A stretch of 64,000 nt of DNA from contig NEEC01000004.1 in assembly GCA_002189035.1 (NCBI GenBank), positions 2,356,001-2,420,000 of the forward strand, written 5' to 3'. Under the pieces are notes generated by a model. It did no database searches. It worked only from the letters and a program-made list of their open reading frames with translations, and was not told the origin of the DNA. The translations under genes were made by a program, and so were the position numbers. Positions within the stretch are counted from its first letter, which is position 1, and every line of letters begins with the position of its first letter. This document shows positions 1 to 12,190 of the stretch, one piece after another. The stretch is from Utricularia gibba (taxonomy: Eukaryota > Plantae > Magnoliophyta).

Positions 1-1800
1 TGATTTCTACAAAAGGAATTGAGGTAAATAGAGTGAAATTTGAGATTATATCTAAGCATCGTTATTCTATTGATGTGAAAGGTGTTAGATTATTCTTAGG
101 ATATGTTGGCTTTTATAGGAGGTTCATTAATAAATTTTCAAAAATTGCTTTGCCTCTTAAAAGGTTATTGTATAATGATGTTGTCTTTAATTTTGATGAT
201 TTATGTAAGCATACTTTTAATTGCTTGAAGAAGGCTATTACTATTGCATCCGTGATGCAACCACTTGATTGGAGGTATGATTTTAAGATTATGTATGATG
301 CTAGTAACCATGTTTTGGGATCAGTTTTAGGACAAAAAATTGAAGAGAAGCACCAACTTATTTCCTATGCTTTCAAAACCTCATAGAAAAAGTACACCAT
401 CACAAAAAGGGATATGTAATTTTTGCCTTGGAAAAATTTCATTCTTATCTTTTAGATAGCAAAATGGTGATTTACATGGATCATTTAGCAATAAAGGACT
501 TGATGGAGAAGGACTCTAAACCAAGACTTATTAGATGGATCCTTTTGGTTCAAGAGTTTGATGTTGAAATCAAGGATAGACTTGGAAGAGAGAACTTGGT
601 TGCTGATCATCTCAGCAGAATTGAAGGGAATGAAGATGATGAAACCGTCACAGAAACATTTCCAAATGAACAACTATTCTCAGTTCAACCTACTGTATGT
701 GAACCATAATTTTCTGATCTTGCAAACTTTGTTTCAATAGGAATGATGCAACCTAAAATAGATTATCATGTGAGGAACAAGTTGAAGACTGATGCCAGCT
801 AGAATAGATTATCATGCGAGGAACAAGTTGAAGACTGATGCCACCTGGAATAGATTATCAAGGAGGAACAAGTTGAAGAGTGATGTCAAATATTACATAT
901 AGGATGATTCATACTTATGGAGGAGATGTAATGATGGCATCATTTAAAGGTGCGTTCATGAAAATAAAATTTCAAAAATCAATGATTCTTGTCATGTAGG
1001 ACCTTTTTGTGGTCATCAAGAACTGAACTGAATAGCCAAGAAAATCTTAGATTGCGGATTTTATTGGCCTCACATCTTCAAAGATTGTTATGCTTATTGC
1101 AAAAGTTATGAATTGTGCCAAAGGGTAGGAAATTTATCAAATAGAAATGAAATGCCTCAACAAGGAATCTTGTATGTAAGTTTATTTGATGCATGGGATA
1201 TAGATTTTATTGTACTATTTCCTACTTCAACGGTTCACAATTACATTTTGGTTGCGGTTGATTATATATCCAAATAGATTGAGGCAATCCCCACATGGGC
1301 GGATGATGCGAAGACTATGATTAAGTTTCTATGCAATAATATCTTCATGAGACATGGAACTCCTAAGGCCTTGATCAATGATAGAAGAACCCATTTTTAC
1401 AATAAAACCTTGAGGAGTGTTTTGAAGCAGTTCAATGTTTGGTGCAAGTCTTCTACTACATATCATTTTCAAAACAACAGACAAACTAAAGTCTCCAATA
1501 AGGAAATTAAATAAATCCTGAAGAAAGCAATTCAATGTTGGGTGCAAGTCTTCTATTGGAGTTTGAAATGGAAGGATCCACTTTGTATCATATAGATAGC
1601 ATACAGGACTTCCATTAGGACCTCACCATTTTGATTGGTCTATGGTAACTTTATAGGCTGCTAGCAGCACTTGAGCACAAGGCTTAGTGCAAGTCATAGA
1701 AAGCTTCAACTTTCATGATGGATATGGCATTTTATTGTGAAGTACATTCTTCCAAACATCGCCATAGAGATATATGATGTAGATGTCAATAAGGAATTTT
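1..1800 (+). mobile_element. Ty3/Gypsy (Athila-like) pol remnant: RT end, RNase H, integrase; degenerate and truncated by the window start
   Basis: ORF 33-386 (FLGYVGFYRRFINKFSKIALPL; MYDASNHVLGSVLGQ), ORF 428-709 ([34 protein letters not shown], RNase H) and ORF 1317-1514 (IFMRHGTPKALINDRRTHF...YHFQNNRQTKVSNKEIK, integrase core) are in Gypsy order RT-RH-INT. Many stops and frameshifts. Confidence 0.9.
757..890 (+). repeat. 46-bp tandem repeat, about 3 copies, inside the pol remnant
   Basis: Unit aatagattatcatg(t/c)gaggaacaagttgaagactgatgcca(g/c)ct(a/g)g at 757-802 and 803-848, with a more diverged copy from 849. No spacers. Confidence 0.9.
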
Positions 1801-1949
1801 TAGTAAATGGGCATCAATTGCAAATTTTTATGAAAATCTTAAAAACATGTTCACAAGAAATCTGAAGATGATCATGTTGGTGGATGCACAAAAAACATAG
1901 CCGAACCTGCTCCTGAAGAAGAGAATGTCACACCTAAAGCACAAACATT

Positions 1950-3170
1950 GCCTATCATTGAGAAAAATGCTGAGAAGTCCAAACATGAAGAAGAAGCATT
2001 GGAGCAAGAATTGAACGTTGGAGATGAAGTTGTGATGCATCAAAATAAGGGCAGAAATGAAGAAAATCGAGATAAGGAAATTGAACATGCAAAGGAAGGA
2101 AGGGAGCAATTGTTAGGAAGTACTACTGAAAAGGAAAATGAAGGTACAATTAAAAGAAAGAAACTTTTACCTAACTTGGTACCTTGGTATGTGAAAGCAT
2201 GAAAGTTTGCACCAGAAAAAGAAAGATTTTAGAGGCAAATGACTCACAAGGAGATTCCCTATTTCAAGCACCACGCAAACATATTGAATACCCGATCTTT
2301 GACCTTCACAGAAGGAACATACTCTGATCGTTATGGTGAGGCCAAGGGTGCAAATGTAACACCTTGTCGTCATACTGATTTCGATATTCTAGTCGGGTTA
2401 GGAATAGTCAAGTCTATTCTATGTTTGAGAACATAGCATTCCTGGCTCTCTTTGAAATGAAATTTCCTACTTACGTAGAATTGTTTTATGAATTTGCTTC
2501 CACTTTTACGTATGAAATACCCAAAACTGTCCTAGACCCTAGTGCTATGTCTACTAGATTGATGGGTATTGAATTTTCTTTTTCATTGATTGAATGGAAT
2601 GTAGTACTAGGATTTTGTTCAAAACAAGATGTAGATTACCATGAATTTGCCACATCTCTTTTCGATTACCCTAATGAATTTGATGCTAAGGAACTTTATG
2701 CAATTCTGACTCATCAGCATGTAATAGAATTTAAGGCAAAGGGAACAAAGGCTGATTTATTTGTTGATCCTGTTATGCACTATGTTCATATATTGATCAC
2801 AACTACTCTTTTGGAAGAACTATAGGTTTTAACTCCCTTTTCAAGCGTGAATTATTTGTCATGTTAACTGAACAAATGAATATGGATTATAGGTGTACAT
2901 AAATTCAGCATTTAAGTATTGGTCACATTTTCACATATCTTGTTCATACTCTATGTCCCAAAAAACTATCTGAATTAGAATTTTTCCACGTTGAGACTAA
3001 AGCAGTAACTTTAGATGCATTTTTTTTTCAAAGTTGTTGTACTAATGAAAGCCCAAGGAAGTGGCTTTGTTTTTAGATCTTTGGCAAGACTGAAAGGGAG
3101 TGTGATTCCAAGGAAGAGAAATGATGCTGCTGCCTGGAAATCATAGAGGTGCTGAGTGATTAAGTGTTTG
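1950..3170 (+). pseudogene. Athila-type extra ORF (env-like/ORF2) downstream of pol, degenerate
   Basis: An acidic/basic low-complexity stretch (1948-2202) precedes LFEMKFPTYVELFYEFASTFTYE...FSFSLIEWNVVLGF (2421-2825). This resembles the 'TY..L..EF.ST' motif I recall from Athila ORF1/plant transposon protein families, and its position 3' of integrase fits. Confidence 0.55.
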
Positions 3171-3971
3171 ACCTGATTCGGGACCTGAAAGAATTGAAAT
3201 AGGGAGACCGACGCCTCCCTAAACAAGTAATTTGCTGATGTGATGGTTTCGTGTTGTTTATTTAATTTTTATTTTTAATGTTCATTTTATTTTTATGTTT
3301 AGGATCCTGTGTATGTGCATGAAGTATGACGTCTACTAGTTTACGTTAGGACTTAAACAATTGTCTGCATGTTTTTATTTAGTGGTAATAATTTTTTTAT
3401 GATAGCTATATGAGATGATTTATATGATGAGCTTTGTGCTCCCTTTCTATTCCAATGAGCATGTTTTTATCCTTTTATTTTATTTTATGAGAGCATGTGT
3501 ATGACTAGAGGAATCTAGGGAGTGTGATCTAGATTAGTCTCAAATGAGTTATTCTATTTCATAATCGCTATGAAAATGGTTGCCAAGAAAAAAGGGTCGA
3601 AAAAAAAAGAAAAAAAGAAAAGCACCATCGAAAAAAAAGAGAGCATGAGACCCAAGTCCTGAAAAGCAACATATAATAAAAGAGCATGTACAGAGTCAAT
3701 AAGAAGTAGAAGAGTTGAGCAGGGATGGATTAATCCGAAGGAGTAGGAGGAGACCTCGTGTTATAAGATGTGAGTGTTTGGGCAACACTCTTTTAAAGAA
3801 AAGGACATTCCATTATGCCTATGTTAATCTTGACCAAGCTGTTCCTTCACTTCTCAAAAAAAAAAAAAAAAACAGAAAAGAAAAAAGTGTTAGCAACTAT
3901 GCTTCTAAGTAATGTGAATGAATCAACTTTACGAACCAATCTTTGAAAACACTCCTCAAGAGGAATCTATT

Positions 3972-4720
3972 TGATAAACGGAAATTTCCTAAAATCGTTG
4001 CAAATAAAAATAGAAAATCCGTATCAAATAAATTTATACTCCCTAATCTACACAAAATACAAATTTAGAAAACTTGTATAGTGGATGTCGGGGTCGATCA
4101 CGAAGAGTTTGTGCTTGCTAAGTGTTTTAGTACATGCATAATTTCGGATAACAGTAGGTCTTAGTCTAAGCTCGGACTAACAGTGGTAAACAAGTTCAGT
4201 AAAAAAAGTAGGTAAGCAATATCACGTCTTGACGCTAAGGTAACAGGTACTGGTTTTGACTCAGACTAATACGAGGACGCCTTAAGGATCTGCGGGTGGT
4301 GTCATACTAAGGTTCCTAACTTAATTTGCTATCTTCCTACACTCACAACTTCGAATAACCTAAGTCTACCCAGGTCATTCATCATATTTTTGGCTTAAGC
4401 TAGTCCACAATATCATAACCAACATTGCAATTAGGTCTACCCGCATGCAAGGCATATAGAACTAGGTCTACCCGGTTCTACTGGTTCTACCCTGGACTAA
4501 CACCGACTGATCCTGTCTTGGTTTATTGGTCTACCTCTAAACCAAGCATCTAAGTTGTGAAACTACTTGCTCCCCTCCTTAGGTCTACCCATGGTTTGTT
4601 AGAAACAAGAGTTAAGGAAGACAACTAAATTTCATCATCAACCTAAGCACATACCACCCACTTCTACTTAAGGCATCCCTAAAACTCTAGCCACTCATGC
4701 TTTGGAAATAAAACACGATT
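3972..4720 (-). mobile_element. LTR 3' portion, family A (Athila-like), reverse orientation
   Basis: The reverse complement aligns by eye with 6033-6696 and 43900-44605. Shared features include gggtagacct motifs, tttgtgtagattag and the terminal ...tt(t/c)atca. TG terminus at 3972. Confidence 0.75.
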
Positions 4721-4899
4721 TCATTCATATAAATTGGCCAAAATGGCAGAGGTAACTAATCCATCAGATGAGCATGAAGATGAAATAACCGGTGATGAAG
4801 ATGAAAGGGGCTGTACCAGATCATGGTTTCCTTTTCATCATCTCCACCTTTAGCAAACGTATGAATGGATTTTATGAGGAAAATGGTTTGAAACATTAC

Positions 4900-5637
4900 T
4901 TAGTGCCTGAGTGAAGAGAGCTCGGTCACGAGCAGGTATATGGGTGCATCCCAGGCCAAGGCAGACGAAAAGGCAATGCCGGAGCTTCACATCCATTCCA
5001 TGCCAGAAGATGTAATCAGACCATGAGTCGAGCTCTTCCACAGACAGAAATCTGTACGTCTCCCTCCAGTGTATTGTCCTCTTCACAAGTGATAGCAAGC
5101 TAGGAAAATCACCATTTGCATTGACATAATGTCGAAGGAGGTCCTTGACAATTCTGAGAAAAATGCAGCAGTCACACTTCTGGAAAAAGATGGCAAAAAC
5201 ATTCTTGCAGTAATGGCAACAAAGCCGAGAACTACTACATCTTGAAGAATCACCATGCTGTAAGCCAGTAGTAGTTCACCTGTCTGGTAAAGTTACACCT
5301 TGCTTTTGCAGCTCTTTGTAAAGACGGTTCAACACCTCCCTAGGCACCAGGTCTTGAGTGCTGGAAGCTCCAACTCTACATGGTTTAAAGAATATTACAA
5401 GCAGATAGGGATTGGAAACCGTTAAGATGTTTGCATGCATTTGCTTCTGCTTAAGTAATTATCGATCGAGAAATGTTTCATACAAAGCATGTCGGAAGAA
5501 TACCTTTCGTTCGAGGGTTCAGTGCCCCCACGAGGAGGTGATGACCTTTCAGTTTCACCTGAAGCATCGTCGGTTGAGTCTGGCTGATCAGAGAAGATAT
5601 CCACCAATGATATTACTAACATTGGCCGCGATAACGC
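4900..5637 (-). pseudogene. Orphan three-exon fragment of a SEC14/CRAL-TRIO lipid-binding protein gene (exons 5637-5504, 5375-5280, 5153-4900)
   Basis: The spliced translation is open for about 161 codons: ALSRPMLVISLVDIFSDQPD...SNER|VGASSTQDLVPREVLNRLYKELQKQGVTLPDR|IVKDLLRHYVNANGDFPSLLSLVKRTIHWRETYRFLSVEELDSWSDYIFWHGMDVKLRHCLFVCLGLGC...FTQAL. Introns 5503-5376 and 5279-5154 are GT-AG with matching phases. It matches the plant SEC14-family signature recalled as LYKEL..QG..LPERI..DEL.RFY...NGDF..LLSS.KKTI.WRETY...FWHG.D...RPCL.VRLGLAC. No start exon or C-terminal exons are visible. Confidence 0.8.
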
Positions 5638-5639
5638 CT

Positions 5640-6032
5640 GTCTAGTGACAGTACGAAATCCCACATTGGTTACGGACGGGATTGGGGACATGCTTAAATA
5701 GAGGGCCTTGCGAATCTTGCATGAGGCTTTTTTCACAGAAGGAGAGAACATAAAACTGTGAGGGTTGGGTGCTTGAAGCGGACAATATCATACAAGGCGA
5801 GTATAGCTCATAACATTTGGTATCAAAACCAAACTCAGGCTCGTGACAATGGTGAGATGAGGTGGCACTTAATGAGGATGCTAAGTGTCTAAGAGAGGAA
5901 AAATGTAAGGATAGAGGCCTAGTGATGGAACAGAATCCCACATTGGTTATGGATAGAGGTGGGAACATGCTTAAATAGAGGGACCTAGCCCAAAGCGGAT
6001 AATATTATGCAAGGCGAGTGTGAGTCGTGACA
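5640..6032 (+). mobile_element. TRIM (terminal-repeat retrotransposon in miniature)
   Basis: Two short direct repeats (about 5640-5815 and about 5904/5923-6032) share ctagtga...aatcccacattggtta...acatgcttaaatagaggg...gcgga(c/t)aatat(c/t)at(a/g)caaggcgagt and end in ACA. A tRNA-Met-like PBS tggtatcaaaacc starts at 5818. A purine tract aagagaggaaaaa precedes the second repeat. The internal region is under 100 bp and non-coding. No TSD found. Confidence 0.7.
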
Positions 6033-6696
6033 CTTAAGATGTAGAATGGTGTGTGGAGCTAGGTTTTATAAGAGAATTAATCAATATGACTTAGTTTTCG
6101 TTTCTATCAATCCTTTAAAAGACCTAAGGGAGGGAATAAATGGTTTTACAACTCAAATATTTGATTTAGAGTTAGACCAACAAATCAAAGCAGGGTTAAT
6201 AGGTGTTAGTCTTAAATAAAACCAGTACAGCCGGGTAGACCTAATTCTACATATTTCGGACATGGGTAGACCTAAGCATGAAATGGATGATGACATTAGG
6301 GACTATGTTAACCAAAAACATGATAAATGATGTGGGCAAACTTAGGTTGTTTGGAGTTGTAAGTATAGAGACATTGTAAGTTAAATTAGAGACCTTAATA
6401 TATCACCTAGACCATCTTGAGACATCATAGTGCCTATACTTGTTATCCTCTGCATTGCGGTTTGATTTTATTTACCAAATTTGGGCATTGCTATTAATTG
6501 GAGCTTGAACTAAAAGTAGTATTATTCTGCAATCTTGCATTTAAGAAAACATTTTTCAAGCACATGCTCTTTAATCAATCCCAAAATCCATTATTCAAGC
6601 ATTTTGAATTTTTATTTTGTGTAGATTAGAGCTTACAATTTTATTTGATACAAAGATTTCATCTTTTGCAACTAAAAAAGAAATTTTCATTTATCA
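6033..6696 (+). mobile_element. LTR 3' portion, family A
   Basis: Collinear with 43950-44605 (cttaag.tgta.aatggtg...tttgatttagag.tagaccaacaaatc...gatttcatcttttgcaa...aaattttcatt.atca). Its 5' end is cut off at the TRIM. Confidence 0.75.
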
Positions 6697-6867
6697 AGAC
6701 TGCAATCAATGTATGAATAAGGATACAAAATTACAACAATATTATGAATAAAAACCTTAACCTTATCAAACTTAAAATGTAACCTTTAGACGTATTACTC
6801 TAATAGTAACTAACTTGAAATCGTGCAAGTATATTCAGATTCTCTTTAATCTTTTGAAATTTCCTAG

Positions 6868-8147
6868 TGTTAATTAAGTGTCATTTTCTACATGTTTATT
6901 ATGTATATGTGTAGATTTAGGCTTAAGTCACTTAAATTAAGAGTTTTATTAATAAATATTTTATTTTATTGAAAAAATCCAATTATTATTATTTTTCTAT
7001 ATTTTTGTAATGTTTTTAGATACTTTCATTGAAATATAGTAGGAAGCAGTATTTGAATGTTGCAGGAGACAAGACATTAACATTTCATGACTTACACACG
7101 ACTTGGAATAGTTATGGATAGAAGACTCACACTATTGAGAGCCCAAGACTTACCACATATTATAGTCTACATTAATGATTGGATGTTTACTTGCATGAAT
7201 GATAAAACTGGTTGTATGCGTAAGACAAAAAGAATGATGGAAAAGGAGGATAAGAAGTTAATGCATGTGAGATTGAATTAAAGAAAAACATGAAACACTT
7301 TGGACGGATGTTTTTCACTTTACTTTCACATTTGAACTTTTGATTCTTCTTCTCCACCAAAAGAAAAAGAACACTTTCATTTTGCAATTTCAATTTCTGT
7401 TTTTATGGTCATTTGTGGTTAAACTTTCTAGTTTGTGGGAATAAATAAAATTTCCTTCAACGTCTTGAGCATAAATCTCGATTTTTCTCTAAATTTCTTT
7501 TGGATTTCACATATTTCTACACATCATATTATAGCATTTCTGTAAATTCTCTTAGTCACGGTCCATTAGTAGTCGACCACTTCTTGCAGATTTTGATAAA
7601 GAGTAATGTGAAGATCACCATCTCCAATCCTATTGGTTCGAGGGAGATAGTAAATTGCCCGTGATCGGGATACTTCGATAATAGACAGGTAGTAATCTTG
7701 TACCATTATTGGTCATTGACAACAGCTGAGTACATGCACAGAATTCAATTTTGAGGGCAATCGACATCATTTTTCTTATTATCTCAATCGTCCAAGAAGG
7801 AATCACATGAAACTATTCTCGTGCCTCCTTGTCTATCAAAACGTAAATAAGAGTAGGTTATTTCTTGCTCTTAATTACTCAGAAGAACCAGTAAAAGCCG
7901 AGGCAAGGATAACTTAAGGAGGAAATGAAATATCTTTCCTAATAACTATTTTCTTTAGTCAAAGTCTATTACTTATATTGTACTTTGTATTTTAATACTT
8001 TAAAATTCCTTTTATAAATTTGTGACAGTAAAAGTTTAGCACAAAGCGTTCACAAAACTCAACTCTCTAAAATTGACATTCATATTATGCTCATCTGTAT
8101 TTTATGTTTTTTATATTCAAAATTTATGAAGGAAACAGCATGCAACA
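6868..8147 (+). mobile_element. Solo LTR, family B, TSD CCTAG
   Basis: TG at 6868 and ...gcatgcaaCA at 8147. CCTAG flanks both sides (6863-6867 and 8148-8152). It is the reverse complement of the elements at 23835-25152 and 40713-42017. Confidence 0.85.
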
Positions 8148-11100
8148 CCTAGATCATCTTATAGTTAGGAATATCATTTTATAAGATAAATAACATTAGG
8201 TATATCTTATCATATTAGGCTTTACCCAAAAAAAATCTACTTATATATTCACATCTCAATGTTTTGGTCTATCTTTAAGTTATATTTTCTAAGTTAGATG
8301 TTTTATCCCTTTCCCATTGCGGATCTATCATAATTCGTTAAAAAAAAGATACCCAATCATATACAACTTTTGGAACCTAAGCTAGACTACACACATCTCC
8401 CTTTTTACTAGAAGCACCACACAAAATATTAACTAATGATGTTAAAATAAATCAAATTAACTTCATAAAATGAAAGTAAAATGACAAGCAAAAATAAAAC
8501 TTTCAAATCTTGAAAATGTAAATAAGTCAAGTTCTACTTTCATAATACTATTCCTATTTAAAAGCAATTTCATCTGAAATCAGTCTTTTGATCTTTCACC
8601 TGCAATAAAGTTTATTCTACTTGTTCTTCCTTCTCGTTCGTCTCCTTTCCCTCTCTGATATATTGTCCCCGTAAAAATCATCTCTTTTCTTTTTATTTTT
8701 TAAATGTTTTGAGGAGTACATAGAAATAATTTCTTTCTTTTTCCCCCATCCATGATAATGGTGTATACTATATTTTCTTTTTCACTTCATCTTTATGTTG
8801 CTTTTTACTTGTCCCATCACAAAATATTTCTTCGATTCTCTTTTGTGTTGCTGTGTTTCTTTCTAAGAATAATTTTTCTTCTTACTTTATCCATTCATTT
8901 TGGAAAAATTAACCATTATGCCCCTGCTTCATGTTGCACGGCACCCATTTGGGATATAGAGGTTAACGTGATAAGTCAACAAACTTACAACTAAGATTTA
9001 TATAAATCAACATAAAACCTAAAGAGATATTAAATACGTAGTTCACTTTTGGACATAGAAATTAAAATATTCTTAAAATTACTAAAACATTAAAATTTAT
9101 AAAAAAAAAACTTCATTTCACTGAAAAATACATTAACTTATTATATTAAAAACACCTAGAAAACATCAATTCACAACAGCCTAAGCCAAAAATACAGCTG
9201 CATCCACCATATTGGCCATTTTTCAAGGTAATAATATTCTACTTGTGCAATAAATTTCTTTTTTTTTTCATTAGCCAATTTTAATCATTATGATTAAGGA
9301 ATGTATTGCATGTATATATGACACTCACATCCTTACGTGTATACCATTTGATAAGATAAGACCATGAATAGGAAAATACAAGAAGTCTTCACAAAATATT
9401 ATGTTTGTGATTTTGATTATAATATTACTTGTTGCATAGTAAGTGCATAAGAATATCAACATACTTTTACGTATATTTGGAGAAGCTGAACAAGATAGAA
9501 AATGGAATTTTCCAATGCCGCCAATTCGTATACCCATTTTAAAATATTTTATGATAATGTGAGTTACATGAATACTTATTATTATTTTACATAAAATATT
9601 ACCCAATTGAGTTCAGATATCCAAACAGACAGAATTTCAAACTCCATATAGAAGCATAGTTTACTAGCAGTTATCACAACGCCAATGAGCTTTGCAATCA
9701 TCATCATTTAAAACGTCATTTGATGGTTGAAAGAATCATAGAATGTGGAAAAACAAGTTCAACTGAATAACTTCTATTAGAATAAATATTGCTAATCGAC
9801 ACAAGTCGCACTTGTGACAACCACGATGGTTATACATAATTTCATAAATTTAGTGAATCAGATAAATCCCACTTTTCTAGAAATAAATATATAGTTTTAA
9901 ATAAATTCATAAACATAGAATTAAAAAAATTCATGTAATATCAAAATTATTTAAATTTATTAATTAAACACCCTATAATATATAATACTAGCTTTAAACC
10001 ATATAATTCTATCAAACAGACATTACTTTAGTGTGAATGAACTAATCGATAATAGACATATGGATGGTGTTAGGGATCTAATCCATGAAACCATTGTCAA
10101 ATCTAGAGTTGCTCGGCATGCACGACTAGTCATTGTGATACTTACAATTTACAAACATTGAAAACATAAAAAAAATAGATATTTTGTGAACTAAACGGAA
10201 TTGTTTTACTTCTTACCCGAGTAGTCCGACAGACCACCAGCAAGCCAGACAACAGAACGTCTCTAAAGCCGCTTCCATTTGAGAAATTTGGAAGTCATCA
10301 GAAAACAGAGGATACACGACCAGCCAAGGGATGAGGTCATTGGAACGGTCTTCACAGCAATCCCTGAAACAGAAGGTGTGGCTGCTGCGATGGGTCCCTC
10401 CGGTTAAGAAAAAATAAAATGAAGAAAACGTGTAGCATGTAGCCAACCAACCTTTTAATGTTGGTGTGTTATTCCTCTATATAAATAAAGGGATACTAGT
10501 TTCTTTTTTGTATCTCCAACGGTTTCTCTGAGGTTTGAGTAGAATTCCGATTAAGAATTTGAGTGATTTTTAAGAGTAGAATAGAAAGAGAAGAATGATA
10601 GTAATGTTTTTTTATTAATTATATTTATTATCCAATAAAAAATTTTAAGAAGAAAATAAAAAATGATAAATTTCAATAATTTACTAAAGTACATCTATTC
10701 GTATTCAATATGATAAATATTTAATTTTTTTGAATTAAATATAGATGTAATCTTACTTTTGAGTTGAAACATATCAAATTGGGTATCTATTTTTTGATTA
10801 ATTTATTATTTTGATAACACTTAGGTAGAACACTCATAATGGGTTGTGTGTTGTCAAGGTGTTGGTGATGGGATGAAGAATATGAGATTCTGGTCAAGTG
10901 AAGCTGATTGCCCAGCAGTGGCAGAAGATGAAGCATACATATCCCACGGGTGTACGACACAAGGCCTCCTTACACCACCAGATCCTCCTGTGCTCTGCAT
11001 ATCGAGTGGCTGCTCCTCTCCTACTCAGTTTGCCTTGCACGTGACCAAGTCATTTGTATTGCAACAATGCAACTCCAGAACGATGCAAATAAATTATTAT

Positions 11101-12082
11101 TCTAAACTCGACTCGCATATGTTTCTTACATCACAGAATCGCGAAAGGCTTGGATTGTGTCAATACAATCCATCCATCTCCTGGGAAACGTTTCAAAGGT
11201 AGCGAGATGAGTGTCTCCGCATGGGGTGCCTTTCCATATCCTTTACTTTAGTGCTAGTGGCAGCAGTGATGAGCGAAGCCACATCAATTTCTATTTTGGT
11301 GGTCCTAAAACCCTAATCTTATGATGTTGACCTCGGCTCACAATTATGTGCCCCTCACGCGCCGACTGCGTCATAAAATACAATGCACGTAGACTTCAAC
11401 TCTTCTCAAAAATCCAAAAAGACAAACGAAACGAAAATATGTGCTTATCCTGAAATTCTACATTTATTTTATTATCAAGCCCTTTTTATTTTATGCAAGT
11501 GGATAAAATACATTAAATCAATTTTTGTTTCTAAAATATCATCTACATTTTTAACATTTATTAAATTTTCTTTTATGAGAATTAAATCAATTCTATCATA
11601 ATTATAAAAGACTAGGTTTTCTACTAGAATTAATATTAAGATTTGAATTATATTCATTCTTTTTTTGAATTATTCTAATATTTTAATTATTTATAATATT
11701 TATGATATAAATGATTTATAAAATATTATTATTAATAAATATAAATATATCATTTTTATTTAATTACACTCTAAACATAAATCATTTTTATATTAATTAT
11801 TCCTAAATTGCATTTGCAAATATATATCAATTTTTATTTCATTAGAATATTCAATTTTATTTACATCACTCCTGAAGTGATTTTTCAAACGTAAATGTGA
11901 TTTTTCTGAATATAATAATTAAACTTACAGAGTAAATCCATGGATGAAAATGCGGAAAATTATTGTGTTTATGGGTCCCGTGATCATCTGCTGGATAACT
12001 ATTATTTATTATTTTATGTATTTATTGTGCTGAGGTATTTTTCCCAGTCCCGTATGCCCTCCCACCCAGTCAGGCTCCCATC

Positions 12083-12089
12083 TATAAAT
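12083..12089 (+). promoter_or_regulatory. TATA box of the bZIP gene
   Basis: tcTATAAATccc is followed by a pyrimidine-rich leader, about 230 bp upstream of the ATG at 12311. Confidence 0.6.
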
Positions 12090-12190
12090 CCCACTGTTTT
12101 CGGGTCCACGCCGCCCATCCAGATTCTTCTTTTTCTTCCATTTCCTTCCTTTCGTTTTTGTCGACAGATTGAGCTCCAGACCTTGAAGCG

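Noticed and set aside
757-890. CRISPR-like array
   Set aside because: The units are contiguous with no unique spacers, lie inside a retrotransposon pol in a eukaryotic genome, and no cas genes are present.
10108-10130. Helitron 3' end (tcggcatgcacga-CTAG-t)
   Set aside because: The hairpin is short and imperfect, there is no spacer before CTAG, and no 5' TC end or Rep/Hel sequence was found.
10321-10343. miR169-like sequence cagccaagggatga
   Set aside because: Only the first 13 or so nt resemble miR169, and no complementary star arm or hairpin is visible nearby.
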